Source: Octopus bimaculoides (lineage: Eukaryota). From it: a DNA stretch of 64,000 nt. Location of the stretch: the NCBI RefSeq assembly GCF_001194135.2, contig NC_068992.1:65184283-65248282 (forward strand). The letters run 5' to 3'. This document shows positions 28,101 through 41,578 of this stretch, one piece after another. The position numbers and the translations under genes were made by a program. Below the pieces are notes generated by a model that saw only the letters and a list, made by a program, of their open reading frames with translations, made no database searches and was not told the origin of the DNA. Numbering within the stretch: the stretch's first letter is position 1; each line of letters starts with the position of its first letter.

Positions 28101-28575
28101 GTTATAGAACAAACATTAAAATTGGGTCAACGACTTTACATACAACATGTGGAAGTGTGTTTACTTATGAAGTTTGGACGTTCTTTTCTGAGGGAAGTAA
28201 AAGATTTTTCAAATATTTTTTTAAAAAATGAAAAGAAATTTTTGATATTTTAATTGTCTGATAAAACATTTTAAGTCTGTGGACATTTATTTTATTTTAT
28301 GTTTATCTTTATTTATTTTATCTTTATATTCTTATATTTGTCTATTAGTTTTTTCGGTAGTTTTTGAATTTTTAGCCGGTTATATAAAACATGTTTGATA
28401 GGCCGTTCGATTTGTATTATATTGAAATATATACTTTTACCTTCTGTAATTTTATGTATATGTATAATCTTTATGTGTTTGGGAACCATGGTGTTTTTTA
28501 TATATATGATTACATGTTTGAGGGTTGGTGTTGTATATAAAGTCGTTGACCCAAATTTAATGTTTGTTCTATAAC
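28101..28575. mobile_element. MITE-like element with ~47-bp terminal inverted repeats
   Basis: gttatagaacaaacattaaaattgggtcaacgactttacatacaaca (28101-28147) vs reverse complement of 28529-28575, 2 mismatches; AT-rich interior. Confidence 0.75.
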
Positions 28576-28674
28576 CAATGTTTCTTTATCTTCGTCTCAT
28601 TTATATTTGAACAGTTCTTTTGCTGTCCTATAAATCCTTTTGTTTTTATAAAAGAGACAAATGTTATTTCTTGT

Positions 28675-28729
<55 letters not shown>

Positions 28730-28885
28730 AGACTGTTGACTCGTTAATCACATATGGCTTTTCGCACTAACGAATCTATGTAAATGAGCACTAAATATGT
28801 TAAAGCTAACAACATATAACCAGGTAAAAGCATTTATATAGTATAATTGAGAACAAAGTTATAAAACAAAGTTATAAAAGAATAT

Positions 28886-28948
28886 AAAAGGACCATAAGG
28901 CATAGAAATGAGAGCAAAAGGACCATAAGGCATAGAAATGAGAGCAAA
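28886..28948. repeat. 30-bp tandem duplication
   Basis: gaccataaggcatagaaatgagagcaaa(ag) x2. Confidence 0.95.
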
Positions 28949-30191
28949 GAAGCAGTGAACAGCGATGTTAGCAAGACTCGTGCTGAACCTAAAACTTGCG
29001 CTGCATTGCAAAGACTCTCCCTAATAGCACTAATCAGTCGAAAGGCATGGATGCACGTTCACCCACGTACAAACTCGTATGAAGTTGGTAACTCCAAGAT
29101 TCCCTCTCGAAACGTTCTGTCAAGGAATATCCAGAGTTATTCTTATTATTAACTGCGTGTGACAACAGCATTGTACAAGGAAATGTAATCTATATCGCGT
29201 ATTGAGGACGCATCCGCTCGGTCTGTTAAACTAAATCGTATCTATGTGTGTGTTTATGTATGTGTGAATGCATATGTGTGAATGTTTCTGCATGTGTGTG
29301 CGCTACTTGTGTGTGGTTGAATGTCTGTGTGTGTGTTTGTGATAATTTCATATTATTATTAGACAGATAAGAAATGGCTGACTCTCCACAATTTCTGCAA
29401 CTGCTCCTGTTGCTGCTGCTACTGCTGTTAATGGTGGTGACGGTACCTACTTTGTAAGCGGTGATCTCTGACAGTTGTCAGTCGAACGTTTATTGAATTC
29501 AAGTCTGCTTTTAAAATGATTTAGCATTTGTGTTAGTCTTCAATTTAATTCGCTAATAGTTGCAATTTTCGCTATAGAACATGGTCTACGACCTGAATGA
29601 TTCACTTTGGTTGAGACAATTCTTAGACTACACACACCTTTAATCATTGTCTACTCATCTTTGCAGCGAATATAGACACATTCGGAGGAACTCGTAACTT
29701 TTATCTGAAACTCTTATTTATATCGACGGAACCATTAAGTTTTATCTCACAATCCTACTGATCGCTGTTTCTTCAGAAAATTGAACCATTTATTCTGAAG
29801 ACACCGACTGAGCAATAAAACGTTTCATTGAAATAACAAAGAAAGTGGCGTGACAGATATTCGCCATTCGTTATTATCAATTGATCAGGGGATCAGTTAA
29901 TGAATACGCAGGTCCGCTATGATTCTAACTTGGAATGCATCACGCTTTATATATAGATAGTCAAAAATCTATAACATACATGCACAACCGAAAACTTATC
30001 TGCTCGTATTCAATGCAGGCAACTGGAGAACACAATCTTTAGCTTTCAAATTCGGCCATAGATCAGGTTCATACCATCAAAATAGCTATGGGAGCAACTC
30101 CAGCCTCTCCATCTCTCTCTCTCTCTCTGTTTGTCTCTCTGCCCGTCTCCCTGTGTCTCTGTCTGTCACGCTGCTCTTCTCTCTTGGCCAT

Positions 30192-30267
<76 letters not shown>

Positions 30268-31037
30268 ACACACACATACACACACACACAGACAAACACA
30301 CACACACACACACATAAACACACACAAACACACATAAACACACACAAACACACATAAAAGCACACGCATATTCAGGCTCACATATTGGTTTATAATAAGG
30401 CAACTAACTCCTCCACATTAGACAAGTTAATTATTCCAGCGACCTTCACTCCCGGGACTTTGACCCTCAGCATGAATTTTATTTTCCCTAAGATTATCTA
30501 ACACGTGACCATCGCTGTTGTATTTGTTAAAAACTAACCCGTCATCACGGTACATTCCAATGCCAGAATTGTTTGTAACTAGAGTAGCCCATGAGAATTT
30601 CTACACTACTTCTACGGCATCATCAGGTTGAAATGATGAAGAATAATTTTCTGGAATATAATCTTACTTATGTCCATCACAAAAGACTCTTAAAATTTTC
30701 TAACTTATTGGCAAAGCTATATATAACTCCATTTCATGCGGAATCTTGGAAAATATGAAATTATATGAGATGTTTATTTCCTTCTGCGAACAACATATCT
30801 CCCAACTCAAATCTACCTCATCATATGTAGGTTCTGTTAGTTTTCTTTTCTAGTAAACGTAATCCAAGTTGTTTGCCAACAACATATGGACTACAAATGA
30901 TTTTTTTTTTGCATTCATGTTCATAGCTGCGCATAGAAATAACAAATGTAGGAAATCACACACACGCAAACAAATGTGTGTGAACACACACACACACACA
31001 TAATTATATATATGCATACATAACTACATACACACAT

Positions 31038-31102
<65 letters not shown>

Positions 31103-31689
31103 CATACATGTATACACACACATACATACATACGTTCATACATACATATATACATACATGCATATGCATATATCCGCACGTGTATTAGTGATAACAAATA
31201 ACCCTTCCTTAATTGGATGAAAATCACGCATCTGATTAGCTGACTGTAATGTTGTTCAGGGAAGAATAAAAAAATCATTGTGATTTTACTTAAAATGCCA
31301 ATCTATATAAATATATCCAGAGAGACAGGAGGAGGAGGGAAAGAGCGAAAGTGAGGTAGAGAGAAAGAGAGGAAAAGAGAGGATGAGGAAGAGTTAGAAG
31401 GAGATGGAAAGTGATAGAGAATGTTATGTACACACATATCCCAATGTATGCCTCAACTTTAAACACACAAATATATGTACGGCCACCACCAGCCTCTCTC
31501 CCTCTCCATATTGATTTAAGATATTTTCAGATCCCAGCAATTAAAACTAGATGTAAAGAACCGTCCTGTGATATTGTAAAACTGTAAAATATTCTACAAT
31601 GAATAATAAATATTTTCTTGTAGTGTTTATCGAAAAAAAAAATGTATTAGATCTCAAACATTCACGGATCAGTGAATGGCCGAGGTACT

Positions 31690-31790
31690 AAACGAAAGAG
31701 CGTCTCCATGCTGTTGCTTAGCCTGCTAGAAACAAGAGCCGAGTTTCGCTCATATCATGTTTGCCCTGTTGATTTATAGGAAAGGAATAA
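31690..31790 (+). mobile_element. Degenerate short interspersed repeat (family D)
   Basis: gcctgctagaaacaagagcc motif; related relics at ~33945-34020 (-) and ~58605-58665 (+). Confidence 0.35.
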
Positions 31791-31899
31791 CACGTTGGTT
31801 AATGTAGTTTTGGATACATTGTGTTTAAAACATAAAGATTGAAGGGAAAGGAAACCTGGGATGTATTTAATCATAAAGCTTGTTCAATCAAAGATAAAT

Positions 31900-32141
31900 T
31901 GCAGCGAAGCAGCTTCATCCCCACCGACAGTAACGACCGTGTCAATAGCAGGATCAAGAACTGCAAGAGAAACAATAACAACGATCACCGTTCCAACAAA
32001 ATCAACTTTATCAGCAGGAATAGTTTCAACAATGGTGACAGAAACACCGACAACAACGTCATCAATTTCAACAAGAACAAAGACGTTGTCAATCTCGCCA
32101 ACAACAATATGAGTATCAACAACGAAAACAAGAACATTATC

Positions 32142-32188
<47 letters not shown>

Positions 32189-32260
32189 CGCTAACAAGAC
32201 ATCAACAATAAAACATCAACAGAGCCAATAATAACTGCATCAACATTATTAACATCAACA
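31900..32260. repeat. (CAA)n-rich trinucleotide tract
   Basis: Pure (CAA)n at ~32143-32190 within degenerate ACA/CAA sequence. Confidence 0.9.
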
Positions 32261-32620
32261 AATGTACGTTGCTGTTCATAATTGCGCAGCAAATTTATTT
32301 GTACAGATCTTCTCAACAAAAGTGGTAAATGTTCGGTGAGCTGTGCGCATGCGTTATTTTCTCTCCAAGAGTATATCTATTTCACTTCCCAACTCAAATT
32401 ATTTTACTATCACGGTGACAAACTTCAATTATATTCTGGATGCTTTACGATTCACATTGGGATACTGCCTAGTTACCAACCCCTACCTCCCAGACCCTGG
32501 TCTTCTGTACATTTTCCGTATGAGACCCTTCGTCCAGTCCTTCCTGTTCACAGTAGCTTCTCTCTGGGATCTGAAGTATTTTTCCTGCAAATATCTTCCT
32601 ACTAAAGTTTTCACGGAATA
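32260..32620 (-). mobile_element. Possible decayed RTE-like RT remnant
   Basis: Minus strand, in order: DWTKGLIRKMYR, aactaggcagtatc (NYRGI-like), RSVQINLLRNYE (RSC.DQIF.LRQ-like), tttgttgat (FVD). Confidence 0.35.
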
Positions 32621-32867
32621 CTCACCGTCTACAACCAACAATCGGGAAATGTCTTAATGCACCATTCTTCACACTAGAAATAACAGTCAAAACTGCCTCA
32701 ATACACACTATGCTGTCTTAAAGCGGGGTGACGCAGTTGTTGCAAATACGCAATGGCCAAGAAAACCAGGCTAAGAACCATAGATGGAATTTTGTCTTTG
32801 ATGACGTCTCTGTACAGTTTAAACTCATCAAACGCTTAAAATAAAAATGTTTACGGCTGAAATAAAA

Positions 32868-33660
32868 ATGTTTACACGTTTACCAGGAAATATAGTGGTT
32901 TTCTAAGAATTCTACACCATTTAATTGTGCTGAAAGAACGTTAAGGATACATCACGAATGAAAACTGTATAAATCCGATCATACTTTTTAAAGATTCACA
33001 ATTTGTCGTTGGAAATTCAGCAACAAGTCTCATATTCAATGTAGGAAAGCAAAGTAAATGGTGCCGCTCATTTTCTAACAGTGAAAATGAAATCAGGGAA
33101 ATAAATACTACACTACAAGTCGAAGGCAAAATTCAGTGGACAAAATTCAGTATATCCTTGTCTAAACTCTCGTTTCTATTTTTCGGTGATTGAGAGAAAC
33201 ACAAATTTACACCGTTTGAAGTACTTGGAGACCTGAATACATATTGTGTACTGAATGCCGTGTTTTATCACGTATTTATCAGTTGTGAATGGAAAATAAT
33301 GTCAATTAATTCTATCATTTTCATTTGTATCAGAATATGAGGGATGAAGGTAAACGCGGTGAGACAACAATGTCTATTGAATTGATAAATCATTCGAACA
33401 TAACTATAGTTTTGTTAACGAAACATGGCTACGCCTATCAATCAATTACGTTGTTTCTTGTTTCAGTTTTTCTTCTCTCTCCAAAAGAAATTCTAGTTTG
33501 TTTTTCTTATAGACATAAAAAAGAAATTATTATTCATTCATAAGAGCGAGGGAAAGATGGCGTTTCTCTGATGTTTACACGTTTCCCAGAAGATATAGTG
33601 ATTTTCTAAGAATTCCACATCATTCAGCTGTGAGGAAACAACGTTGAGCTTACATCGCAA
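32868..33660. repeat. Diverged ~90-bp direct repeat pair about 700 bp apart
   Basis: atgtttacacgttt.ccag.a.atatagtg.ttttctaagaatt..aca.catt at 32868-32955 and 33571-33660. Confidence 0.8.
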
Positions 33661-35040
33661 CAAGTTGTTACCAGATCTCCATAAGATCTCACTAACAACT
33701 CATTTATACACCTATGAATGATTGGCTTACCATAAGATTCTTTTCTCTTTGCAATCCCATTCCATTCACTTCACCTATGTGGCTAATGCCTTTTCATGCC
33801 GTTGTTCTTTCTGAAATTTTGGCTGTGGTGCTATTTGAACCTGACCGATGTAAACTTATCTTCAATTATTCTGATGTAAAACCCATCCCGTTTTATTTTT
33901 TAGGAATAGTGTACTTCGTACGGCTTCCAAGGACATATAGCATGTGTTGCAAGGTGTAAGGTGAGGCATGTTTGACTGCTATTTCCAGTAATTTCAATAA
34001 CGATCTAGATGTTCTGCCGTTGTCTTTTATTTATTTATTATTTTGTTTTAGAAGAACTCAACACTCGAGGTAAACTCTTGGACACTTGAGACCAAATTCG
34101 AGTTTCTGGTGAACGTCATTGTAATAAATGTTTGAATAGATCAAGAAAACCGACTATTAACAACTAAATCCCTCACATCACCCCCCCCCCGTCCGTTATG
34201 CTGGTCACTGCAAACCCTTCTGCCCGCCAACCAACCTGCTTGCTAGCCTAGCTTCCTTATAAAAACCTGGTGATTGATGTCAATAAATCTGAAACAAAGA
34301 ATCAATACAGCAACGATAAATATGATTTTCTTGAATGTTCTCTCCTCGTTTTCTTACTTTCAGATGGATGTCATGAAAAAAGTTACTGCCCAGACATGGA
34401 GGGAAGAAAGAGAAAAACAACATACATTGAATATTATAAGAAAAAGCAACAGTATAAGTTTTGCGATAAAAAGAGGCATCTAACGGAATATTTCATATGC
34501 ATGTAATAAATATTCAGATGCTAGTTGTAAGCCAAGCCTTGTTAGATAAGGATAATAAATTACGATAATCCGGTGAAGTCGTAGACACTTGTGAAATCCT
34601 CTATATTCGTATATGACTACTAATAACCATCAAACCGCTCGATTATCGATGAATAAATAACACTACCAGAAACGGTATTAGCATCTTGTGAATAATAAAA
34701 TAAAAGCTAAGTAAATCAAAGAAATACATGTTCTTAAAGAAGTCTTTACAGATCAATGGAACTAGATGTATATTTTGTCTCTAAGTCAGTTACAGCTTCA
34801 GAAATTCTTCGTTATTGCTACTTTTTCTAGATTTATGACGAGAGAGAAAGAAATAAAGAAGACGGACAGACAATAAGATTTTACCTTAATTAACTTAATT
34901 ATTTTGAAATGAAATTTCCTGGGATTGATTTTAATTGCAAGGCCTTAATTTTCGGACCTCGAGTAATACATCGACAAAACCGAATTAATTACACTACAGC
35001 TCATAATTAATTACTTCAATAAAAAAACTATTGTTTTAAA

Positions 35041-35171
35041 ATTTTGGCACAAGGCCAGAAATTCTATTGTAAGGCGATTATATCGGCCTCAGAACTCAAC
35101 AGGCACTTATTTTATCGACTTCGAAAGGATGAAAGGCAAAGTCGACCTCGGCGAAATTTGAACCCAGAACC
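35041..35171 (-). mobile_element. SINE family B (head truncated)
   Basis: ggcacaaggccag...cgaaaggatgaaaggcaaagtcgacctcggcgaaatttgaacccagaac. Confidence 0.85.
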
Positions 35172-35401
35172 TAACTGAATTCTCCGAACTGAATAAAATA
35201 ATGACTTGAGATAGATATATGAGTTATTACCTAGGTTTTGGACTGTTTCTTGCCTGGGTTCAGAACTGTTTGAATTATGTATAATATTTATACTTCACGC
35301 ATGTCTTAGCATCTTTCAAATACACCTGGATTTCAAAAAATTCGATTTCCATGCGCCTGTATTAATTCGGGCTTTAAGTCTCTGTTTCTCTCACTCATTC
35401 A

Positions 35402-35453
<52 letters not shown>

Positions 35454-36450
35454 TTACATTTCTATCTCTCTATCTATCTTAAAATACTTCCTGTTGTAGC
35501 TGTTACAGTTGCTCGGTAAAGATGAAGATACTAAGAAAGATATAACTGTAAAAAAATAAATAAATAAATAAATAAAAAATAAATAAAAATCCATTGGATT
35601 ATGTGAAGAATATCTGCATATATCTTGTTTTCTTTATACCACACGGGGATTAAATGCTATGAAGAAGGTTTGTTAAGAGATGAAAGAACCAACATTATCG
35701 GCAGCAGACGACTGCCACATTCAATTACTCCACGCCTTAAAATACGATCGAATTCTTTACATCTTATATATTTTTTTCTCTCTTTGCTTTTTATTCCAAA
35801 CTTATTTCTTAAAATTAGATCCAAACAATTTCTCAACGTCGCTTAAGCTGATTTCCTATGGATTCCACCTTGATTTACTGAAGTGTTCTAGATCCTGTAA
35901 TCCTTTATTTGCTACTTAATGCCATCTTCCACAAAAGAATCGTTAAATTTATTTTATGAGCTTCCGAATTTAAAAACTGGTTTCCTTTATGTGTGTGTGT
36001 GCATGTAGATATGTCTGTGTGTATTACTTTCTTTACTTGCGTATATGTGCGTATATTCGTGGCTGTGTTTGTTTGTAGTGTATGTGTGTGTGTGAGTATG
36101 TGTACTATTGTTTGCAGTAATTTACAAAGTTGTTAAGACTATGAAGTCATACCAGTCATATGCCGGGTCAAATCTATCAACTCTTCAGTCATTTACATTC
36201 CTCATTGAGTTTCAAAGTCGATTAACTTTGAAAAGGTGAAAGAATCGGGTGCAACTAACTTCAACTGCGGGATCTGTTGCACATCAGGGGATCTAGCGAC
36301 TTATAGTTTTTCTTCATCTAAAAAAAAAGAGAAGACATTATGAAATACAATAGATGTTCCCCGAGTGGTTGATCTCAGGCTTTCGACAAAAAAAACTCAA
36401 TTATTTAATGAAATGAATGATTTACTCATGAAATCATCCCTCCTATTATA

Positions 36451-36612
36451 GGCACAAGGCGCCAGTACGAAGCTGGTACTTAATTTATTTATCCCGAAAG
36501 GATGAAAGGCAAAGTCGACCTCGGCAGAATTTGAACTCAGAACGTAAAGACGGACGACATACAGCTAGGTATTTCACCCAGCGTGCTAACGATTCTGCCA
36601 GCTCGCCACCTT
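36451..36612 (-). mobile_element. SINE family B
   Basis: ccgaaaggatgaaaggcaaagtcgacctcggcagaatttgaactcagaacgtaaagacggacga...gctaacgattctgccagctcgccacc. Confidence 0.9.
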
Positions 36613-37144
36613 TTTTGCTCCTGAAATAATGTAAGCGCCTGAATGATCCATTGCCATGTGTACTCTTAGATAATTCCTAGGCAGAACGAATGACATATAG
36701 TGTGTGACAAGTGTGTGTTCATTTTCAATTACATGTACTTCATTCAAAGCTCATCTGTACAGTTTGTGTTTACACAGTGTCATACACAAGTGATGAGTCA
36801 ACTTGAGGTTATAAAAAAAAATGTCCTTTGCACAAGGTACCATGCAGTAGCATCAAACAAGGTACCTCATGGTTTGCAATGTGATCTTCTTAACCATTCG
36901 AACAAACAGCTACAGTCTACCATTTTCTGGTTGTGTAATAGACAAAGGTTTCATTCCTGTATCATTTAAAGTATTCTTGATAGAATGTTATGAGATGGGT
37001 TCTTTTTATCGACAATAGAATTTATATATAAGATGGAGACGAATTCCAACGTTCAATGTGGCAGGCTTGTATGTATGTATGTATGTATGTATGTATGTAT
37101 GTATGTATGTATGTATGTATGTATGTATGTATGTNNNNNNNNNN

Positions 37145-37184
<40 letters not shown>

Positions 37185-38165
37185 ATATGCAATATATATA
37201 TATATATAAATGATTACATACCTACCTACATACATTGATACACACCCCTGCATAGATATATTGGTTATTGATCCGAAATTGTACCCCATAATTCATTAAC
37301 AATTTTCTCATGATTATAATTTTAGCCTAGATTTTCATTTAACGATAATTCAATTTTTGTCGGTTTAACAATTCATATTTTTCAATAAATTTTCAATAAA
37401 TATAAAACAAATGAATATTGTAAATAAATATAATGGATATATAACGAAAATTATAATTAATATATAAATAATAAATGAAATATATAAATATATATAATAA
37501 GTATGCTAAATAAAAAGATAATAAATAGACAAATATAATAGATATATAATGAATAAATATAATAATTAGATAAATAAATATAATATATATAATAAATATA
37601 TATATTATAAATAGTTAAGGTAATAAATCAATCAATATAAGGAATCTATTCTTTATTGATATATCTTTATGGTTCAAGAAATATCACTGGAAACGAAATT
37701 CCTCAAAAGCGATATTTATTTCATAAAAACGTTAAATAAACGAAATTTTATTGCTTGAAAATAATAACAGGAAAGGTGTAATTTTGGGGTATGTGAGCGA
37801 ATGTGAGAGTGGGGTTGCATGTGTTGTTTTGAAATTTGAATAATTTAATCGTATACATGTAATGAAATTGGATGTTAATTACATTTAGCTGTCACCGATA
37901 TTGTCAGTAAATATAAGATATCTAGAAAAGTTAATCTTTGTTGAAAAGATGTAGAAAAAAAATCTACTTACATAACATTTTAATCTGCTTTATTTCCATT
38001 TTGTTTACGTGGTTCACTTCTGTAGATTCACTGAGATAAACACTTACATAAATACAAGTATATATATATATAGCTGTGTTTCTCTTTACGAGATCAGCGA
38101 CTGTGTGTCGGTTAAAAAGTATAGAGTATAAGCAAGTTGAGTGAGCCCCCATCACTAGTCTGCGA

Positions 38166-38360
38166 TTGTCTTGCACCGATGACGTGAAACAACTCAGAAA
38201 CCTAGGTCTGTGAGTACCACAAAGGCAAGAGATGGGACCGATGGCCTCCCTTGCTCATAATATACGGACACACACTGTGTGTCGATAGCCAACTAGAAAA
38301 TATGTTTTACTGCGGCTAAACAACTGTAATATCGTCGTAGTATAGGTCTGCCACATGCTG
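38166..38360 (-). mobile_element. Degenerate family F copy
   Basis: cctcccttgctcataatatacggacacacactgtgtgtcgatagccaactaga aligns to the reverse complement of ~20365-20440; flanks also align loosely. Confidence 0.55.
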
Positions 38361-39841
38361 TAAATCAAATGGCTGTTATAAACTTAGGTCCAGAAATATA
38401 ACGTATTTCCATAATAAATTAACTACATTGAAATCAATGTTAGAAATCAATATAATGATTAATAAAGTTATCTTCGATGTTATCAATTCTGCTTTGATTG
38501 TTACTTTTCTCCTTCGACTTCAGTTTCACGTTCTTCTTATTTCTCGCTCTTATTATAACAACTTATTAATCTTTATTTCTTTGATTGAGCGGCGCTAGTT
38601 CATTAGCGTATTACATTAATCAAAATCCAAATTACCTGATAAGGGTTTTGTCTCCTGACAGAATTTCTTCGTTACAACCGGCATACAAATTATCTGATGA
38701 CAAAACACAAACACCATTATAGTATTTCTATAAGTCTTTTGTTATTGAGATGCCATAATGAATGGGTCTGTACAAGTTAACAGAAGTTAAGCACTTGGCT
38801 AATGCCGATGTGTATTGAGAAGACAGGAACTGGTTGAGATTGTTTACGCTTTGTTAGTCTCAGTATTAATGGATTCCACCGTGGTTTTCGGCCGAAGTAC
38901 CTCGAGAACATTTGTCTACAACGAACAAGAGAGTCGAGTGTATCATTTCAGATTCACACGTGCAATATCGAAATTAAATAACACATCCTTGTCGACACAT
39001 GCATACATACTCACACATAAATCTATTATGCATACATACATACGTATATACATTCATATATATATGTATATATANNNNNNNNNNNNNNNNNNNNNNNNNN
39101 NNNNNNNNNNNNNNNNNNNNNNNNNNNNNNNNNNNNNNNNNNNNNNNNNNNNNNNNNNNNNNNNNNNNNNNNNNNNNNNNNNNNNNNNNNNNNNNNNNNN
39201 NNNNNNNNNNNNNNNNNNNNNNNNNNNNNNNNNNNNNNNNNNNNNNNNNNNNNNNNNNNNNNNNNNNNNNNNNNNNNNNNNNNNNNNNNNNNNNNNNNNN
39301 NTATATATATATATATATATATATATGTCATAGATTTTACACACAGACATATATAAATATTATACATATATGTGTGTGCATGGGTTTATGTGTAGCGTAT
39401 ATCGTATATCTCAATGAGATTGCTGAAGATATCCTGAGGCAATGACTCAGTATGTTTACAGACACAAACTGCATCAATTAAGATGTCTACCGTGTGTATC
39501 ATACCTCGTTTCAATTGAGTTCTGCCTGATTGCTTGACAGTATTGAAATGGTAATAACATCCAAATTTTAATAACCTTGATTGCGTTCTAAAGTACTTTC
39601 AATATTTCATTGTATCGTATTCTATGAGTCTCACTTCTATAAGAAAACATAAATTTTGGAATAATGCGGATTGCTTGTAGTGGAGGGCTCATGAGTTTAG
39701 TTCGACTACGCCTTGTCTTCTGAATGATTTTTCAATATTGCGTTGACTAATTATTTAGGAATTAAATTCCATCGACGGAAGTTTTGCAGAAGACAGTCGT
39801 CTATGTATGTATGTATGTATGTATGTATGTATGTATGTATG

Positions 39842-39877
<36 letters not shown>

Positions 39878-39924
39878 GGGGGTTCCGGAAGAAGTGGAGT
39901 TAAAAATTTGATCCATATTTCAAA

Positions 39925-40076
39925 CCTTCCTTCCAGTTTCCGTCTATGAAATCCACTCACAAGTTTTTGGCCGGCCCGAGGTTATAATAGATACACAAAC
40001 CAAGGGTCAATGAGATTGAACTCGGAACCATGTGGTTAGGAAGCAAGCTTCTTACCGCACACCCATGCCTGCTCCT
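39925..40076 (-). mobile_element. SINE family A 5' half
   Basis: ttccagtttccgtctatgaaatccactcacaag..ggcccgagg..gaactcggaaccatgtggttaggaagcaagcttcttacc. Confidence 0.8.
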
Positions 40077-40174
40077 ATATATATATATATTAATACAGAG
40101 TAGGAAAATTATAGAGATTTTTCTACCAGGGGCCTAGCATATATACAAAGTCAATAGACATATTTTTCATATAA

Positions 40175-40632
40175 AATTAGTGTACATTTAAACACAAAAA
40201 GAGGTTAGCCTTAACAAGTCGCTTTACATACTAGAAAGAACAGTCAAGAAGTCCAAACCACAGTTAAGAGCAATTTCAAAGGGAATGAAAAATAAAAACC
40301 TTTACCATGTTTTACAGCTGAACCTTAGGCTTCGAACTTTAATTAGTAAATAGATTAATTTACAAGGCGAAGTTCTCATCAGCGTGTACGCCAAACATTA
40401 ACATATTAATTAGAGACAAAATAACACGTGGCTCATCCTTATTTGCGAATTATTTTATTTGTTAATTAAAGTTTCAAACCTAAGGTCCAGCTGTAAAACA
40501 TGGTAAATGTCTTTATTTTTCATTCCTTTCGAATTGCTCTTAACTGTGTTTTGGACTTTTTGACTGTTCTCTCTGGCATGTAAGGTGACCTGTTAAGGCT
40601 CACCTCTTTCTGTGTTTAAATATACACTAATT
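40175..40632. mobile_element. Fold-back element with ~170-bp inverted arms
   Basis: 40175-40345 is an imperfect reverse complement of 40463-40632 (e.g. cagttaagagcaatt / aattgctcttaactg; ttaccatgttttacagctg / cagctgtaaaacatggtaa); ~117-bp spacer. Confidence 0.8.
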
Positions 40633-41320
40633 ATATATATATANNNNNNNNNNNNNNNNNNNNNNNNNNNNNNNNNNNNNNNNNNNNNNNNNNNNNNNNN
40701 NNNNNNNNNNNNNNNNNNNNNNNNNNNNNNNNNNNNNNNNNNNNNNNNNNNNNNNNNTATACATATTTATATATGAGTATACACACTTATCTGAGTTTGA
40801 GGCCATGATCGATATCGTCTGCTTGGTTAGATTTCTATATTTTAATTATTTAACTCTTTAGAAATCGTTAGCTAAGTAGATAAGTGTCGGTGTTTATGAC
40901 GCTTTCAGTCTTTGAAGTTATTACAGCGATGCTTTATTGCTAAGAAATGTTAGAAAGAACCATTTAACGGAGATTAAAACGTTTTAAAATGTATAAAACT
41001 TGTAAATATTCTCTTGTGACACACAATGTTCATATTGATATATAGTTTTTCAATGAAATCATATAATAGATGTTTTACATTTTTCAAATGATGTTGTAAT
41101 AGGCGTCATGAAGTTGTTACAATTTGAATATATAATGAAAGTTATTGACCGTTTGCTCGGAGGATGAACTAAACTCATCCAACTGCTACCTCATGGTTGA
41201 TATAATGTGTATAAATAGCCAACAGCAAACACCAACAGAAAATAGCAACACTATGATGGTCGTTTCTTTATATAGACACACGGAAATATATTCTGGTATA
41301 TCCCTATTTGTCAATCTCTC

Positions 41321-41387
<67 letters not shown>

Positions 41388-41527
41388 ATCTATGTATCTA
41401 TCTATCTATTTATCTATCTATCTATATATCGATCTATCTGTTCAGCCCTGTGTGGCCAATAAAGAAACATATCTTTCGTTCTTTCTTTCTTTCTTTTCAT
41501 GAGCAGAATTTTCTAGAGTATAGGGGA

Positions 41528-41578
<51 letters not shown>

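Noticed and set aside
29076-29116. cgtatga-a..gaaacgtt, a second hammerhead/PLE-like pattern
   Set aside because: Core transposed (CGTATGA), stem II base mismatched and no stem I; too degenerate
31861-32112. Thr/Ser-rich mucin-like ORF
   Set aside because: Explained by a degenerate ACA/CAA triplet tract; no splice or start context
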